From an uncultured Candidatus Actinomarina sp. (GTDB lineage Bacteria; Actinomycetota; Acidimicrobiia; Actinomarinales; Actinomarinaceae), in assembly GCA_902510055.1 (NCBI GenBank), contig CABWZY010000004.1, forward strand, positions 16,365 through 80,364: DNA of 64,000 nt. Reading direction: 5' to 3'. Each line of letters starts with the position of its first letter. Position 1 is the stretch's first letter. The notes under the pieces are model-generated. The model was not told the origin of the DNA. It searched no databases and saw only the letters and a program-made list of their open reading frames with translations. The position numbers were made by a program, and so were the translations under genes. Of this stretch, positions 19,207-28,149 are shown piece by piece.

Positions 19207-19928
19207 TCTTGTTTAAAAAACATATTCATACTTACTAAAACTAGAAAAGAAGCAAACGCGTAATTTAAGGATTTTTGTGGTAAAGCAAAAGCTATATTGC
19301 TTCCAATAACAGAACCTATTATTCCAAAGATACCAATAATTATTCCTGTTTTGATAAATTCTTTATTTCTCAATTTAGGAATAACTGCTGCAACTGAGCT
19401 TGGGATTGCCGTGATTAAAGAGACACCTTGTGCTGCCAAATTTCCAATACCACCAAAAAAAATTAGTAAAGGGATTCTAATTATTCCTCCTCCAATACCT
19501 AATAATCCTGAACCTAGCCCCGAGAGGATACCAATAAGGACATATAATAAAATGTTTTCTTCAAATCTTGTGCTGAAATTAGTGCCAAAAAACATCCTAT
19601 AAGATGCAAATAACAAAAGAACAGAGAACATTCTTTGTAAATTTTTTGAAGTTATCAATTTTGACATATGACTACCTAGATAACCTCCAAAGACCGCCCC
19701 AAGAATTAAGTACATCACGTAAGTTGAAATTTCTATTCCATTAGCAATATAAGAAATGGTACTTGCACTAGCTACAAATATTATTGCAAGCGAAGATATT
19801 CCTGTGTTAATTTTAAAATCTTCTTTTGTAAAATAAGTTAGAAGGGGGACGAAGACAATACCTCCACCAATTCCAAGTATTCCTGATAAAAGACCGCCAA
19901 TAAAACCAATTAGAAATAATTTAAGCAA
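19203..19928 (-). CDS. TauE/SafE family sulfite/anion exporter
   Basis: 241 aa, 7-8 TM, with a duplicated GxxGIGGGxxxxP motif (GILGIGGGIVFVPLL and GLLGIGGGIIRIPLL). Confidence 0.8.
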   Translation of the reverse strand: MLKLFLIGFIGGLLSGILGIGGGIVFVPLLTYFTKEDFKINTGISSLAIIFVASASTISYIANGIEISTYVMYLILGAVFGGYLGSHMSKLITSKNLQRMFSVLLLFASYRMFFGTNFSTRFEENILLYVLIGILSGLGSGLLGIGGGIIRIPLLIFFGGIGNLAAQGVSLITAIPSSVAAVIPKLRNKEFIKTGIIIGIFGIIGSVIGSNIAFALPQKSLNYAFASFLVLVSMNMFFKQD

Positions 19929-19929
19929 T

Positions 19930-20910
19930 TTATTTCTTTAAAATTGGTAAAAGTTCTTTACCAAGTAGCTTTATCGTTTCCTCCTGGTTAGTTGAAGAAA
20001 TTTGAATTGTTACAATTTCTGATTCAAAATCATTAACTAAAGGACTATAAATATCTTTTAACTCTTCAATAGAACTTGCTCTTGAGAATTTAGACATTAT
20101 TTCATCTTTTGGTAAGCTATCTGCAGTTTCTCTCAACGCTGCAGGATCAATTTCTTGAAGCCTATTTGGAGCTCTTAATCCTCTCCAAGATTTTAATGCT
20201 TCCCAGGCATCTTCATCATCCTTAGCAAACATAGTCCACCTATAAGTATGGAGTCTTAACCCGTCTTTTTTAAGCTCCTCTGTCTTTTGTTTTGCTGGGT
20301 CTATAACTTTTTCATAAGCGTCTTTTGGATCTTTAACGCTAATCATTACACCATCAGCATATTCTGCTGCTAAATTTGCAGACTTAGGACCACCTGCTGC
20401 CATCCAGATGGGAATATAGTCTTTTGGAGGGGAGTAAAGTTTTGCTTGATTAGTTTGATAAAATTCACCATTAAAATTTAATTTCTCCCCATCTAGTAGT
20501 CTCCTTATAATTTCTAAAGATTCACGCATCCTATTAGCGCGCTCTTCATATTTTGGAAAATCATAACCTAAAGGTCCTTCATTAAGATTTTCACCAGTCC
20601 CAACTCCTAAATGGAAAGTAGATGAAGATAAACGATCAATTGTTGCTGAAGCTTGAGCAACAACTCCTGGGTGCATTCTCCACAAAGGTGTTGTAACACC
20701 TGTTCCAAGGTCTAAATCAGGTATTGTTACCGCTAATGCTCCTAGTGTTGACCATGTAAAATTTGAAGCTGAATGATCATCAACCCATGGATGAAAGTGC
20801 TCTGATATTGTTACCATATCAAAACCAACTTCTTTAGCTAATTTCGCATGATCTATTAATTCTTCAGGTTGCCATTGTTCAGACCCTAAGAAATATGCAA
20901 ATTTTGTCAT
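19930..20910 (-). CDS. LLM-class (luciferase-like) F420-dependent oxidoreductase, G6PD-related subgroup
   Basis: 326 aa. The N-terminal FAYFLGSEQWQPEELIDHAKLAKEVGFDMVTISEHFHPW closely parallels the N-terminus of actinobacterial F420-dependent glucose-6-phosphate dehydrogenase-family proteins. Substrate unknown. Confidence 0.7.
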   Translation of the reverse strand: MTKFAYFLGSEQWQPEELIDHAKLAKEVGFDMVTISEHFHPWVDDHSASNFTWSTLGALAVTIPDLDLGTGVTTPLWRMHPGVVAQASATIDRLSSSTFHLGVGTGENLNEGPLGYDFPKYEERANRMRESLEIIRRLLDGEKLNFNGEFYQTNQAKLYSPPKDYIPIWMAAGGPKSANLAAEYADGVMISVKDPKDAYEKVIDPAKQKTEELKKDGLRLHTYRWTMFAKDDEDAWEALKSWRGLRAPNRLQEIDPAALRETADSLPKDEIMSKFSRASSIEELKDIYSPLVNDFESEIVTIQISSTNQEETIKLLGKELLPILKK

Positions 20911-20941
20911 GAATTTAGATTAACATTGTTGAATTTTAAGG

Positions 20942-20966
20942 TGGGTGCCTCATAAAGAGGCACCCA
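20942..20966 (-). terminator. GC-rich hairpin immediately 3' of rnpB (putative terminator or processing stem)
   Basis: 10-bp stem (20942-20951 / 20957-20966, core GGGTGCCTC/GAGGCACCC) with a 5-nt loop. On the minus strand it is followed by ACCUUAAAAUUC, so the U-tract is weak. Confidence 0.45.
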
Positions 20967-20971
20967 AGTTC

Positions 20972-21302
20972 TTATGGGACTATAAGCCGGATTCTGTTTA
21001 CACAAAGTGTAAGATAATCATCCATCTTGTATATTTGTTACCAAATATATCTAGCTACCTACCCGCAATATTTAGTCGAGCAAACTAATTGCTTCTTGGT
21101 ATTGCTCCGAGAGGGGTTTACAAGCTAATTTAATCACTTAAATTACTGGTGGTCTCTTACACCACCTTTTCATCCTTACTTATGTTTATAAGCGGTTTAT
21201 TTTCTGTCGCACTTTCCGTCAATTTCTTGCCTGGGAGTTACCCAGCTCTCTGCTCTATGGAGTCCGGACTTTCCTCGATAAATCGCGATTATCCGTCCCA
21301 CA
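20972..21302 (-). ncRNA. rnpB: RNase P RNA (bacterial type A), about 330 nt
   Basis: The minus strand reads CGAGGAAAGTCCGGACTCC (21277-21259, the universally conserved P4 5' strand). It also reads ACAGAATCCGGCTTAT (20997-20982, the P4 3' strand region). Terminal P1 pairing is TGGGAC (21300-21295) with GTCCCA (20980-20975). The locus has no ORF and is GC-enriched relative to its surroundings. Confidence 0.85.
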
Positions 21303-21329
21303 TTTAAACTTTAATACAACTTTTAAGAC

Positions 21330-21806
21330 TTATGAATATAAATCTATAATTTCTTGAAAATCTTTAAAATTTAAAGGCCCTATATATTTTTTTACTATCT
21401 TGTTGTTTTTAATTATATGTGTTTCTGGAACACCAAATACACCAGAGTTAATTGAAAACTTGCTATTTTCATCAGTTACATAAGTTATATCTCCATAACC
21501 ATATTTGTTTAAAAAGCTCAATGCATTGTCTTCGCTGTCTTGGAAGCTAACCAATATAATTTTGTCTTTAAGTCCTTCTATTTCTGATAGTGTGATTAGT
21601 AGTTCATGTTCTTCTATACACTCTAAACACCAAGAAGCCCAATAATTTACAATAACTAACTCAGAGTCGATTAAAACTTTTTCATTATCCTTAACTGTTC
21701 TTAGATTAAGGAAATCATTATCTCTTACCTCTATGTAGCTATCTTTTACAGAGCTTGTTGAACACATAGATAATAATAAGAATAAAGAGATGATTTTAAC
21801 TTTCAT
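21330..21806 (-). CDS. ccmG: Thioredoxin-fold thiol:disulfide oxidoreductase (CcmG/DsbE/TlpA-like)
   Basis: 158 aa with a WASWCLEC active site (CxxC). The N-terminal hydrophobic leader ends in LSMC, a possible lipobox. It is the last gene of the ccm operon. Confidence 0.7.
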   Translation of the reverse strand: MKVKIISLFLLLSMCSTSSVKDSYIEVRDNDFLNLRTVKDNEKVLIDSELVIVNYWASWCLECIEEHELLITLSEIEGLKDKIILVSFQDSEDNALSFLNKYGYGDITYVTDENSKFSINSGVFGVPETHIIKNNKIVKKYIGPLNFKDFQEIIDLYS

Positions 21807-22326
21807 ATTGACTCACTAACTCTTCTACAAAATTCCTATCTTCAGAGCTAAGTTTATTTGATGATAGAATCTCGTTTAAAAGTTTTCTTCCATCACTCCT
21901 TGTGCTTGGATCTTGTAAATAAATGATTCCAAGATAGGATTTAGCTATTATTGAGTTTTTATTTATCCTTAAAGCCTCATCTAAGTAATCTATTGCTACC
22001 TCTATATTGTTTGACTCAAATACCATCCAAGCAATCTGTGAAAGAGCAAAACTCTTCAATTCGTTATCATCACTATTTTCTGCTACATACATATAGTGCG
22101 TTAAAGCATTTGAATAATTGATTTCATCGAAATACCTATTAGCAAGAGCAATTCTCATAGGATATATATCTGGATTATCATTTATTACTTTTTCCATTTC
22201 TTCATTTGTAACATTTTCTAAATCAGTATTAGTTCTAGTAGTAGTTTCTGAATTATTGTTTAAATTAATAAAAAGAACTATGAAAAAAATAAATATAGCA
22301 GTAGAAGATAGAATCCATTTATTCAT
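21796..22326 (-). CDS. Membrane-anchored TPR protein (CcmI/CycH-like apocytochrome chaperone module)
   Basis: One N-terminal TM (MNKWILSSTAIFIFFIVLFINL) followed by TPR-like repeats. I prefer ATG 22326, preceded by TAGGAG with 8-nt spacing, over the ORF-track start at 22350. It lies between ccmH and ccmG. Confidence 0.55.
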   Translation of the reverse strand: MNKWILSSTAIFIFFIVLFINLNNNSETTTRTNTDLENVTNEEMEKVINDNPDIYPMRIALANRYFDEINYSNALTHYMYVAENSDDNELKSFALSQIAWMVFESNNIEVAIDYLDEALRINKNSIIAKSYLGIIYLQDPSTRSDGRKLLNEILSSNKLSSEDRNFVEELVSQYES

Positions 22327-22672
22327 TTTTCGTACTCCTAATAAAAGCAAGGATGAATAGTGAAATTAAAAAAATAGGTAAAACAATCATTTCAATATTT
22401 GTTCTTTGAGGGTTTGTTATTATTCTTTCACCATATCTAACTACCCAATAGTTGTAAATTTCTTCATCGCTTAGTCCGCTATCTATTTGTTCTCTTAATA
22501 TCATTCTCATGTCTTCTGCATATTCAGAAGGGGAGTCAGATATATTCTCGCCTTGACAAACTGGGCATAAAATATTTTTACTCCAATTCTCGTATCTGGA
22601 ATCTCTATCTTCGTTAATTAAAGGAATAGCTAATAAAAGAATTAGTAATGTAATAGTTAATACTTTATTCAT
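22319..22672 (-). CDS. ccmH: Cytochrome c-type biogenesis protein CcmH/CycL
   Basis: 117 aa with a signal/anchor, the LCPVCQGENISDS (LRCxxCQ-type) motif and a C-terminal TM. Confidence 0.8.
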   Translation of the reverse strand: MNKVLTITLLILLLAIPLINEDRDSRYENWSKNILCPVCQGENISDSPSEYAEDMRMILREQIDSGLSDEEIYNYWVVRYGERIITNPQRTNIEMIVLPIFLISLFILAFIRSTKNE

Positions 22673-24551
22673 TTTTAATCCTTGGATAAATTGAAAAAAT
22701 AGTCAATGCCAAGCCAAGCCAGATAATAAAAATTCCATAGTTTTTTCTAATTATTAATTTAAAATATTCGTCATCAATAACCTTGATAGTTATATATGTA
22801 TCACTTTCAATATTTCTAAATATGGCAGGACTGCTAATAGCTTGTTGACTAGAATTCTTGAATATATTTAATGAAGCATTTTTAACTTTATTACTTTTCG
22901 AAATAGGTAAATTTATAACATCTTTTTCTTCTTTTGATTCTTGATAAGGTGGATTTATTATATAGTTATTACCGCTAAATTCTATAGTTGATCCAGGAGT
23001 CGTAATAATTTCTTTAGAATAGCTTTGAGTTACATTCAAAATTAAACCAATTGCAAATACCCCAATACCAATATGAGCAATTTGTCCTGCCCAATAAGAA
23101 CCAGATATACTACCTTTTCTAAAATAAGAAATTAAATTTTTACTTAAGATAATTACCAATACTATTGAAGCAAATATAGTAAAAATAAATTCATAATTTG
23201 CTTCGTAATATAAAGATATTCCAATTGAAATAACTAGTGAGATATTAATTTCTATTTGGTTAGACTTTACCCATTCAGCAAAATTTAAATTTTTATTAGG
23301 TAGTTTTTCTGAAAATACAATTAATAAAAGTAGAATCAACAACAATGGACCAACCAAAGTATCGTAAAAACTTCTACCTATAGTTAATTGTCTATCATAT
23401 AAAGTTTCATAGAATATTGGATACACTGTTCCAACAAAAACCACGATTGTTGCAGAGAAAAGTATTATATTATTAGCAATAAAAAATCCTGATCTTCCAA
23501 ACCAGTTGGATAATTTTTTTGCTGATGAAAAATATTCGATATTTCTTGCACCCACTATTAAATACAAACCTGTAAAAACAGACAAACCAATTAATAGATA
23601 TGTTCCAATATTTCCATTTGAAAAGGCATGGACAGAAATAAGAACACCAGATCTAGTAATGAAAGTACCAAATATAGTTGATAGAAACATTAAACAAGAT
23701 AAAGAATAGTTCCAATTTATTAGCGTAGATTCTCTAGTTTGTGTTTTAGCAGAGTGAAGAAACGCAGTAGCTAGAAGCCAAGGAATAAATGATACATTTT
23801 CAACTGGATCCCATGCCCAGTATCCACCCCATCCTAAAACTTCATATGACCAGGCAGCTCCTAGTGAAATACCTGCGGTTAGAAAAATCCATGGAAAAAA
23901 GGTAGCCTTCTCAGCCATTTTTATCCAATCATTATTCGTTGCCTTCATAATTAAGTGACTTGTTGATATTACAAATGGCATTACCAAACCTATATAGCCA
24001 GCATATAAAATCGGTGGATGTATAGCCATTAGTGGGTGATTTTGTAGTAAAGGATTTGGACCTCTTCCAAATTCAGATGTTAATAAGTTGTCAAAAGGTA
24101 AGAGTGTTGAGTTAGCACAGCCAATACTTGCAAGCTCTATACATCCAGCAAAAGGTGAGGAACTAAATATTGTATATCCTACGAAGAAAACCAGTATTGA
24201 TGAAAAAATTTTAACATCAACAAAAAATTCTTTTTTGTGAAAATATTTAATATAAATTAAGAAATAAATACTGAGTACAAAATTCCAAAGAAGTATAGAG
24301 CCATCCAATGATCCCCACAATGATGCAAACTTATAAATTGGTGGGGTAGTAGATGCTGAATAATTTGCAATATAACTAATTGAAAAATCATCGATAAAAA
24401 GACCTATTTCTAATAAACAAAATAAAATAAAATGAAAAAATAGATTTATTCTTACCAATCTTTGTATTTGAAAATTTGATTTTGTAAAAAATAAAAAAAT
24501 TAGGTTTAAAAAACTAATCCATGTAACAATTATGCCGATATTTGATATCAT
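22665..24551 (-). CDS. ccmF: Cytochrome c heme lyase subunit CcmF
   Basis: 628 aa, polytopic. The WWD motif is WGGYWAWDPVEN, and size and topology are as in CcmF/NrfE. Confidence 0.9.
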   Translation of the reverse strand: MISNIGIIVTWISFLNLIFLFFTKSNFQIQRLVRINLFFHFILFCLLEIGLFIDDFSISYIANYSASTTPPIYKFASLWGSLDGSILLWNFVLSIYFLIYIKYFHKKEFFVDVKIFSSILVFFVGYTIFSSSPFAGCIELASIGCANSTLLPFDNLLTSEFGRGPNPLLQNHPLMAIHPPILYAGYIGLVMPFVISTSHLIMKATNNDWIKMAEKATFFPWIFLTAGISLGAAWSYEVLGWGGYWAWDPVENVSFIPWLLATAFLHSAKTQTRESTLINWNYSLSCLMFLSTIFGTFITRSGVLISVHAFSNGNIGTYLLIGLSVFTGLYLIVGARNIEYFSSAKKLSNWFGRSGFFIANNIILFSATIVVFVGTVYPIFYETLYDRQLTIGRSFYDTLVGPLLLILLLLIVFSEKLPNKNLNFAEWVKSNQIEINISLVISIGISLYYEANYEFIFTIFASIVLVIILSKNLISYFRKGSISGSYWAGQIAHIGIGVFAIGLILNVTQSYSKEIITTPGSTIEFSGNNYIINPPYQESKEEKDVINLPISKSNKVKNASLNIFKNSSQQAISSPAIFRNIESDTYITIKVIDDEYFKLIIRKNYGIFIIWLGLALTIFSIYPRIKNE

Positions 24552-24955
24552 TTTGAATAAGTTTTTACATCGTAGGTATCACCATTTTCTGAAATATACT
24601 CATTATCATGTTTAACAAGCATGTCATCAGAATAAAAAACTCCATCCTTAAAAAATCCATCAAGAATGACACCCATTTCTTCTTGAAATAATTCTGGCAC
24701 AAAACCGTCAAAATTAATTTCTATTTTTTCATTTCCGTCAGTAATAAAAAAACTTGTTATTCCGTCCATTTTTTTCTCAATGGAATCATTTTCAACAAAT
24801 CCTCCAAGCTTTATTCTTTCTGAATTACCTACATTAAGATTTGTTGTTGCTTCTGTTGTTGTGAAATAATATATAGTATTATTTGAGGCAATTTGCACAC
24901 TAGCATATACAACTAAGGCAATGCCCACAAGGACAAGAATTAGGTTTTTATTCAC
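24548..24955 (-). CDS. ccmE: Heme chaperone CcmE
   Basis: 135 aa with an N-terminal anchor and an OB-fold region (IKLGGFV). It has the canonical heme-binding HxxxY motif (VKHDNEY). Confidence 0.9.
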   Translation of the reverse strand: MNKNLILVLVGIALVVYASVQIASNNTIYYFTTTEATTNLNVGNSERIKLGGFVENDSIEKKMDGITSFFITDGNEKIEINFDGFVPELFQEEMGVILDGFFKDGVFYSDDMLVKHDNEYISENGDTYDVKTYSK

Positions 24956-24960
24956 GTAAT

Positions 24961-25629
24961 TTAAATTTTAGCCCTGATTTTTGGATTTAAATAATCATTC
25001 CATAATTTGTCAGCATTTGCTCTAAATCTTTTTGAAAGAAATATATGAACTAATGTGACTAAAAGAACACTTATTAAAAGGGTAGTTAATATATCTGATG
25101 ACATAGGGGCATCTCCAGTAGATACTGTTTCCTGACTCAATATGGATGCTTGTTGATGAACAGATCTCCACCAAATTACACTGAAATGAAGTATAGGTAT
25201 TTGTATTACTCCAAATATTCCAATAAATGAAGAGTTCTTAGCTGTCTTTTCTAAATCGTTATTAAAACTTCTAGAAGCTAAATAACCTAGATAAACAAGT
25301 AGGAGAATTGCTGTTAGATTAAGTCTTGCATCTCCCCAGACCCACCATGTTCCCCATGTAAACTTACCCCATACAGAACCAGCAATTAATGTTGATACAG
25401 TAAATATTACTCCTGATTTAGCATTTGCTAATGCTAAGGAATCATATTTTGGATTCTTTTTAATTAGATAAAGCAGAGAATATATAAATGTTAATGTATA
25501 AGCTAAATAAGCGATCCAAACAGTCGGCACATGAACATATAATAATTTGGAATACTGACCTTGAGTAATATCATATGGTCCGAAAGCAGCAATCGCTATC
25601 CAGACTAGTAAAGGTCCATAAAGCATCAT
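24961..25629 (-). CDS. ccmC: Heme exporter/handling protein CcmC
   Basis: 222 aa, 6 TM, with Trp-rich motif WGTWWVWGDARL and flanking His residues. Confidence 0.9.
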   Translation of the reverse strand: MMLYGPLLVWIAIAAFGPYDITQGQYSKLLYVHVPTVWIAYLAYTLTFIYSLLYLIKKNPKYDSLALANAKSGVIFTVSTLIAGSVWGKFTWGTWWVWGDARLNLTAILLLVYLGYLASRSFNNDLEKTAKNSSFIGIFGVIQIPILHFSVIWWRSVHQQASILSQETVSTGDAPMSSDILTTLLISVLLVTLVHIFLSKRFRANADKLWNDYLNPKIRAKI

Positions 25630-26267
25630 AGTTTACCTCTCTCTAAGTAAAATCTTGTATATGAGTAAATGACTATTGTTATACCCAAATACAGCAATAA
25701 GTAAATATTAATTAGTTCTAGATTTACCCCTAACCAGATGGGTGCAATAAAAAATGATAAAGCCATGTATATTGGAACAATAAGAATAAATTGAACAAAT
25801 CGATTATTAAATGAAGTAAACATTTGAAAAATTATATTCACCATAACCGTATTAATTGAGAAAAAGACCAAAGTTAATATAAAAGTGAAGATATTTGTTT
25901 TAACGTTTGAATTAGTCACAACAGAAAATAAAATACTGAAAAGCAAAATTTGAGGAAAATAAATTAAGAATTCTGAACTTATTTTACCCAGAAAGTATTC
26001 AGATTTTTTAATATAAGCAAAGTTCAATTCTCTTGTGAGACTTCTGTGATTTATTGGATTTCTAATAGAAAAAAGAGTAGAAAATAATATCAGGAAAAGG
26101 ATTTGAGTGATTATAAATAAGTCTTCATCTATTGCGAATCTATTTTCTGCAAGTATTGGAAATACTATAATTAGTACGCACATTGTTGGTGTAATTAGAA
26201 ATAATGAAGAATTGTTTCTGTATTCGCTTAATATTTCTTTTCTTATTAGAGATTTATTAATCTTCAT
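25626..26267 (-). CDS. ccmB: ABC permease CcmB-like
   Basis: 213 aa, about 6 TM. It is translationally coupled between ccmA and ccmC. The assignment is mostly positional. Confidence 0.6.
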   Translation of the reverse strand: MKINKSLIRKEILSEYRNNSSLFLITPTMCVLIIVFPILAENRFAIDEDLFIITQILFLILFSTLFSIRNPINHRSLTRELNFAYIKKSEYFLGKISSEFLIYFPQILLFSILFSVVTNSNVKTNIFTFILTLVFFSINTVMVNIIFQMFTSFNNRFVQFILIVPIYMALSFFIAPIWLGVNLELINIYLLLYLGITIVIYSYTRFYLERGKL

Positions 26268-26892
26268 CTAAATTTACCGTTTCTTTGTTTTCCATTAACC
26301 CGCTTGTCTCTTGAGATGAAAGTACATTACATTTATTCTTCAGAGTCCTTTCATTAATTAGATTTTGTAAATGTTCAACACCTTGTTTATCTAAATAATT
26401 AAGAGGTTCATCTATACATAAAACATCTGGTTTTTTCATATCTGCAATAGCTAACTCAGCTCTTTTTATCATTCCACTAGAAAAGTTTTTTAATTCATCT
26501 TCTTTATAACTTGATAGGTTATATTTTTCTATTGTTGAATTAATTATTTCGTCATCAATATTTATAGAACTTGTAAAGTAAATAGCATTTTCACTAAGTG
26601 TTAAATTAGGCAAAAGGGTAGGGGCGTGAGATATTTCTAAAACATCTATATCTTCATTTACATACTCTGAGTCAAATGAATTTCCATCAAAGTTATAAGA
26701 AATAAAGTCTAAAAGGGTTGTTTTACCAGCTCCATTTTTTCCAATAATTTCGTAATTTTTACTTTTATCAAGTGTTAAATACAGATCTTTAATTACAATT
26801 TCATTTCCATACCCGAGAGTAAGTTCATTAGCTTGAAAAAAAATATTATTCACAACACTATTGTATTGATAATAGTTTTTTATAAATCTCAA
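26257..26892 (-). CDS. ccmA: ABC ATPase CcmA-like (degenerate Q-loop and H-loop)
   Basis: Walker A GKNGAGKT, signature FSSGMIKR and Walker B VLCIDEP are present. The start is uncertain: TTG 26892 overlaps the upstream gene by 35 nt, and an in-frame GTG at 26853 is an alternative. Confidence 0.7.
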   Translation of the reverse strand: MRFIKNYYQYNSVVNNIFFQANELTLGYGNEIVIKDLYLTLDKSKNYEIIGKNGAGKTTLLDFISYNFDGNSFDSEYVNEDIDVLEISHAPTLLPNLTLSENAIYFTSSINIDDEIINSTIEKYNLSSYKEDELKNFSSGMIKRAELAIADMKKPDVLCIDEPLNYLDKQGVEHLQNLINERTLKNKCNVLSSQETSGLMENKETVNLDED

Positions 26893-27355
26893 AAGTTGTC
26901 ATAACATCATCTTTAGCGCTATGAGTAGGAAGAACAACATCAAAATATTCAGCTATAGTATTCAATTTATGATTAACAACTTTTCCTTGAAGGGTAGACC
27001 TACTTAATTCAAGAGTATCTATAGTGTCATTATTTAACTCTCTATCTAAGTAATAATTTAAGAATTTAAGATCAAAATTTATTACATTATGCCCTACTAA
27101 TATGGAATTTTCTACGAAGTTAATTATTTGATTATTTTTTTCTTTAAACTTTGGAGAATTAACAACTTTAGAATCAGTTATCCCATGAATATTTGAGTTC
27201 TCAATGCTTTGTTCTGGTTTAAATAATGAATAAAATTCATCAACAATTTTATTATCTCTTACTTTTAAAATATACAATTCAATTATTTCAGAATCTTCTG
27301 GTTCGAAACCTGTAGTTTCTATATCAAGAATACAGAGAGTATGATTCTCAGTCAT
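26858..27355 (-). CDS. DEDDh 3'-5' exonuclease (DnaQ/epsilon-like domain)
   Basis: 165 aa with LDIETTG (ExoI), VGHNVINFDLKFL (ExoII) and HSAKDDV (ExoIII with His). Confidence 0.8.
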   Translation of the reverse strand: MTENHTLCILDIETTGFEPEDSEIIELYILKVRDNKIVDEFYSLFKPEQSIENSNIHGITDSKVVNSPKFKEKNNQIINFVENSILVGHNVINFDLKFLNYYLDRELNNDTIDTLELSRSTLQGKVVNHKLNTIAEYFDVVLPTHSAKDDVMTTFEIYKKLLSIQ

Positions 27356-28149
27356 TATTTAGTTAACTCCCACATTGCTATAGCCGCAGCAGTAGAAGCA
27401 TTTATAGAATCAACATTATTTTTTGATTCTATTTTAAGTCTTTGGTTTTTAGTTTTGCTCCACTTATCTGAAATTCCATATTGCTCTGATCCTATAACTA
27501 TGGCAAAATTCTCTTTTGGTTTAAAACTATTGATTAATGTTTCAGCTTCAGGGTCTAATAAGATTATTTGGTATTCATTTTTCGTAAGTAATTCTAGAAC
27601 TTGAGAATTAGTGTCACTTATTAGGTTCATTGTAAATAAGTGACCAATTGAAGCTCTGATAACATTAGGGTTGTAAAAATCTGTTATTTCATCACAACAT
27701 ATTACGTTATCTATTCCTAATGACTTTGCGGTTCTTATCATTGTGCCTAAGTTCCCTGGTTTTTCAATTTGGTCCGCAACAAGGGCTGGTCCCTTGATCT
27801 CACTTTCTATAACTGTTAGATTTTTTTGTATAAATAATGATAGAATTCCATCTGGTTTGTCTCTATAAGAAATTGCTTCAAAAACTTTTTTAGAGAGGGT
27901 TACTATCCTTATATTTTTTTTATTAAAGGCATTTATAAGAGAGTAGTTATTATCACCTACAAAAAGCTCTTCACATATGTACAGAGTATCTATTTCATAA
28001 TTCGAAGAAACCAATAGGTTGTTTTCCCTATAGCCCTCAGCTAAAGATTTTTTTTCAGTTTTTCTTATTTTGTTTTTTGAAAGAGAAATTAAAAATTTTA
28101 ATTCCGGATTATTTAATGATGTTATAGATTTATTTGCTGAAGTATTCAT
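27355..28149 (-). CDS. TrmH/SpoU-family RNA 2'-O-methyltransferase
   Basis: 264 aa. GNLGTMIRTA, IVIGSEQYGIS and SINASTAAAIAMWE are the three SPOUT motifs. The stop overlaps the downstream ATG (TAATG). Confidence 0.8.
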   Translation of the reverse strand: MNTSANKSITSLNNPELKFLISLSKNKIRKTEKKSLAEGYRENNLLVSSNYEIDTLYICEELFVGDNNYSLINAFNKKNIRIVTLSKKVFEAISYRDKPDGILSLFIQKNLTVIESEIKGPALVADQIEKPGNLGTMIRTAKSLGIDNVICCDEITDFYNPNVIRASIGHLFTMNLISDTNSQVLELLTKNEYQIILLDPEAETLINSFKPKENFAIVIGSEQYGISDKWSKTKNQRLKIESKNNVDSINASTAAAIAMWELTK

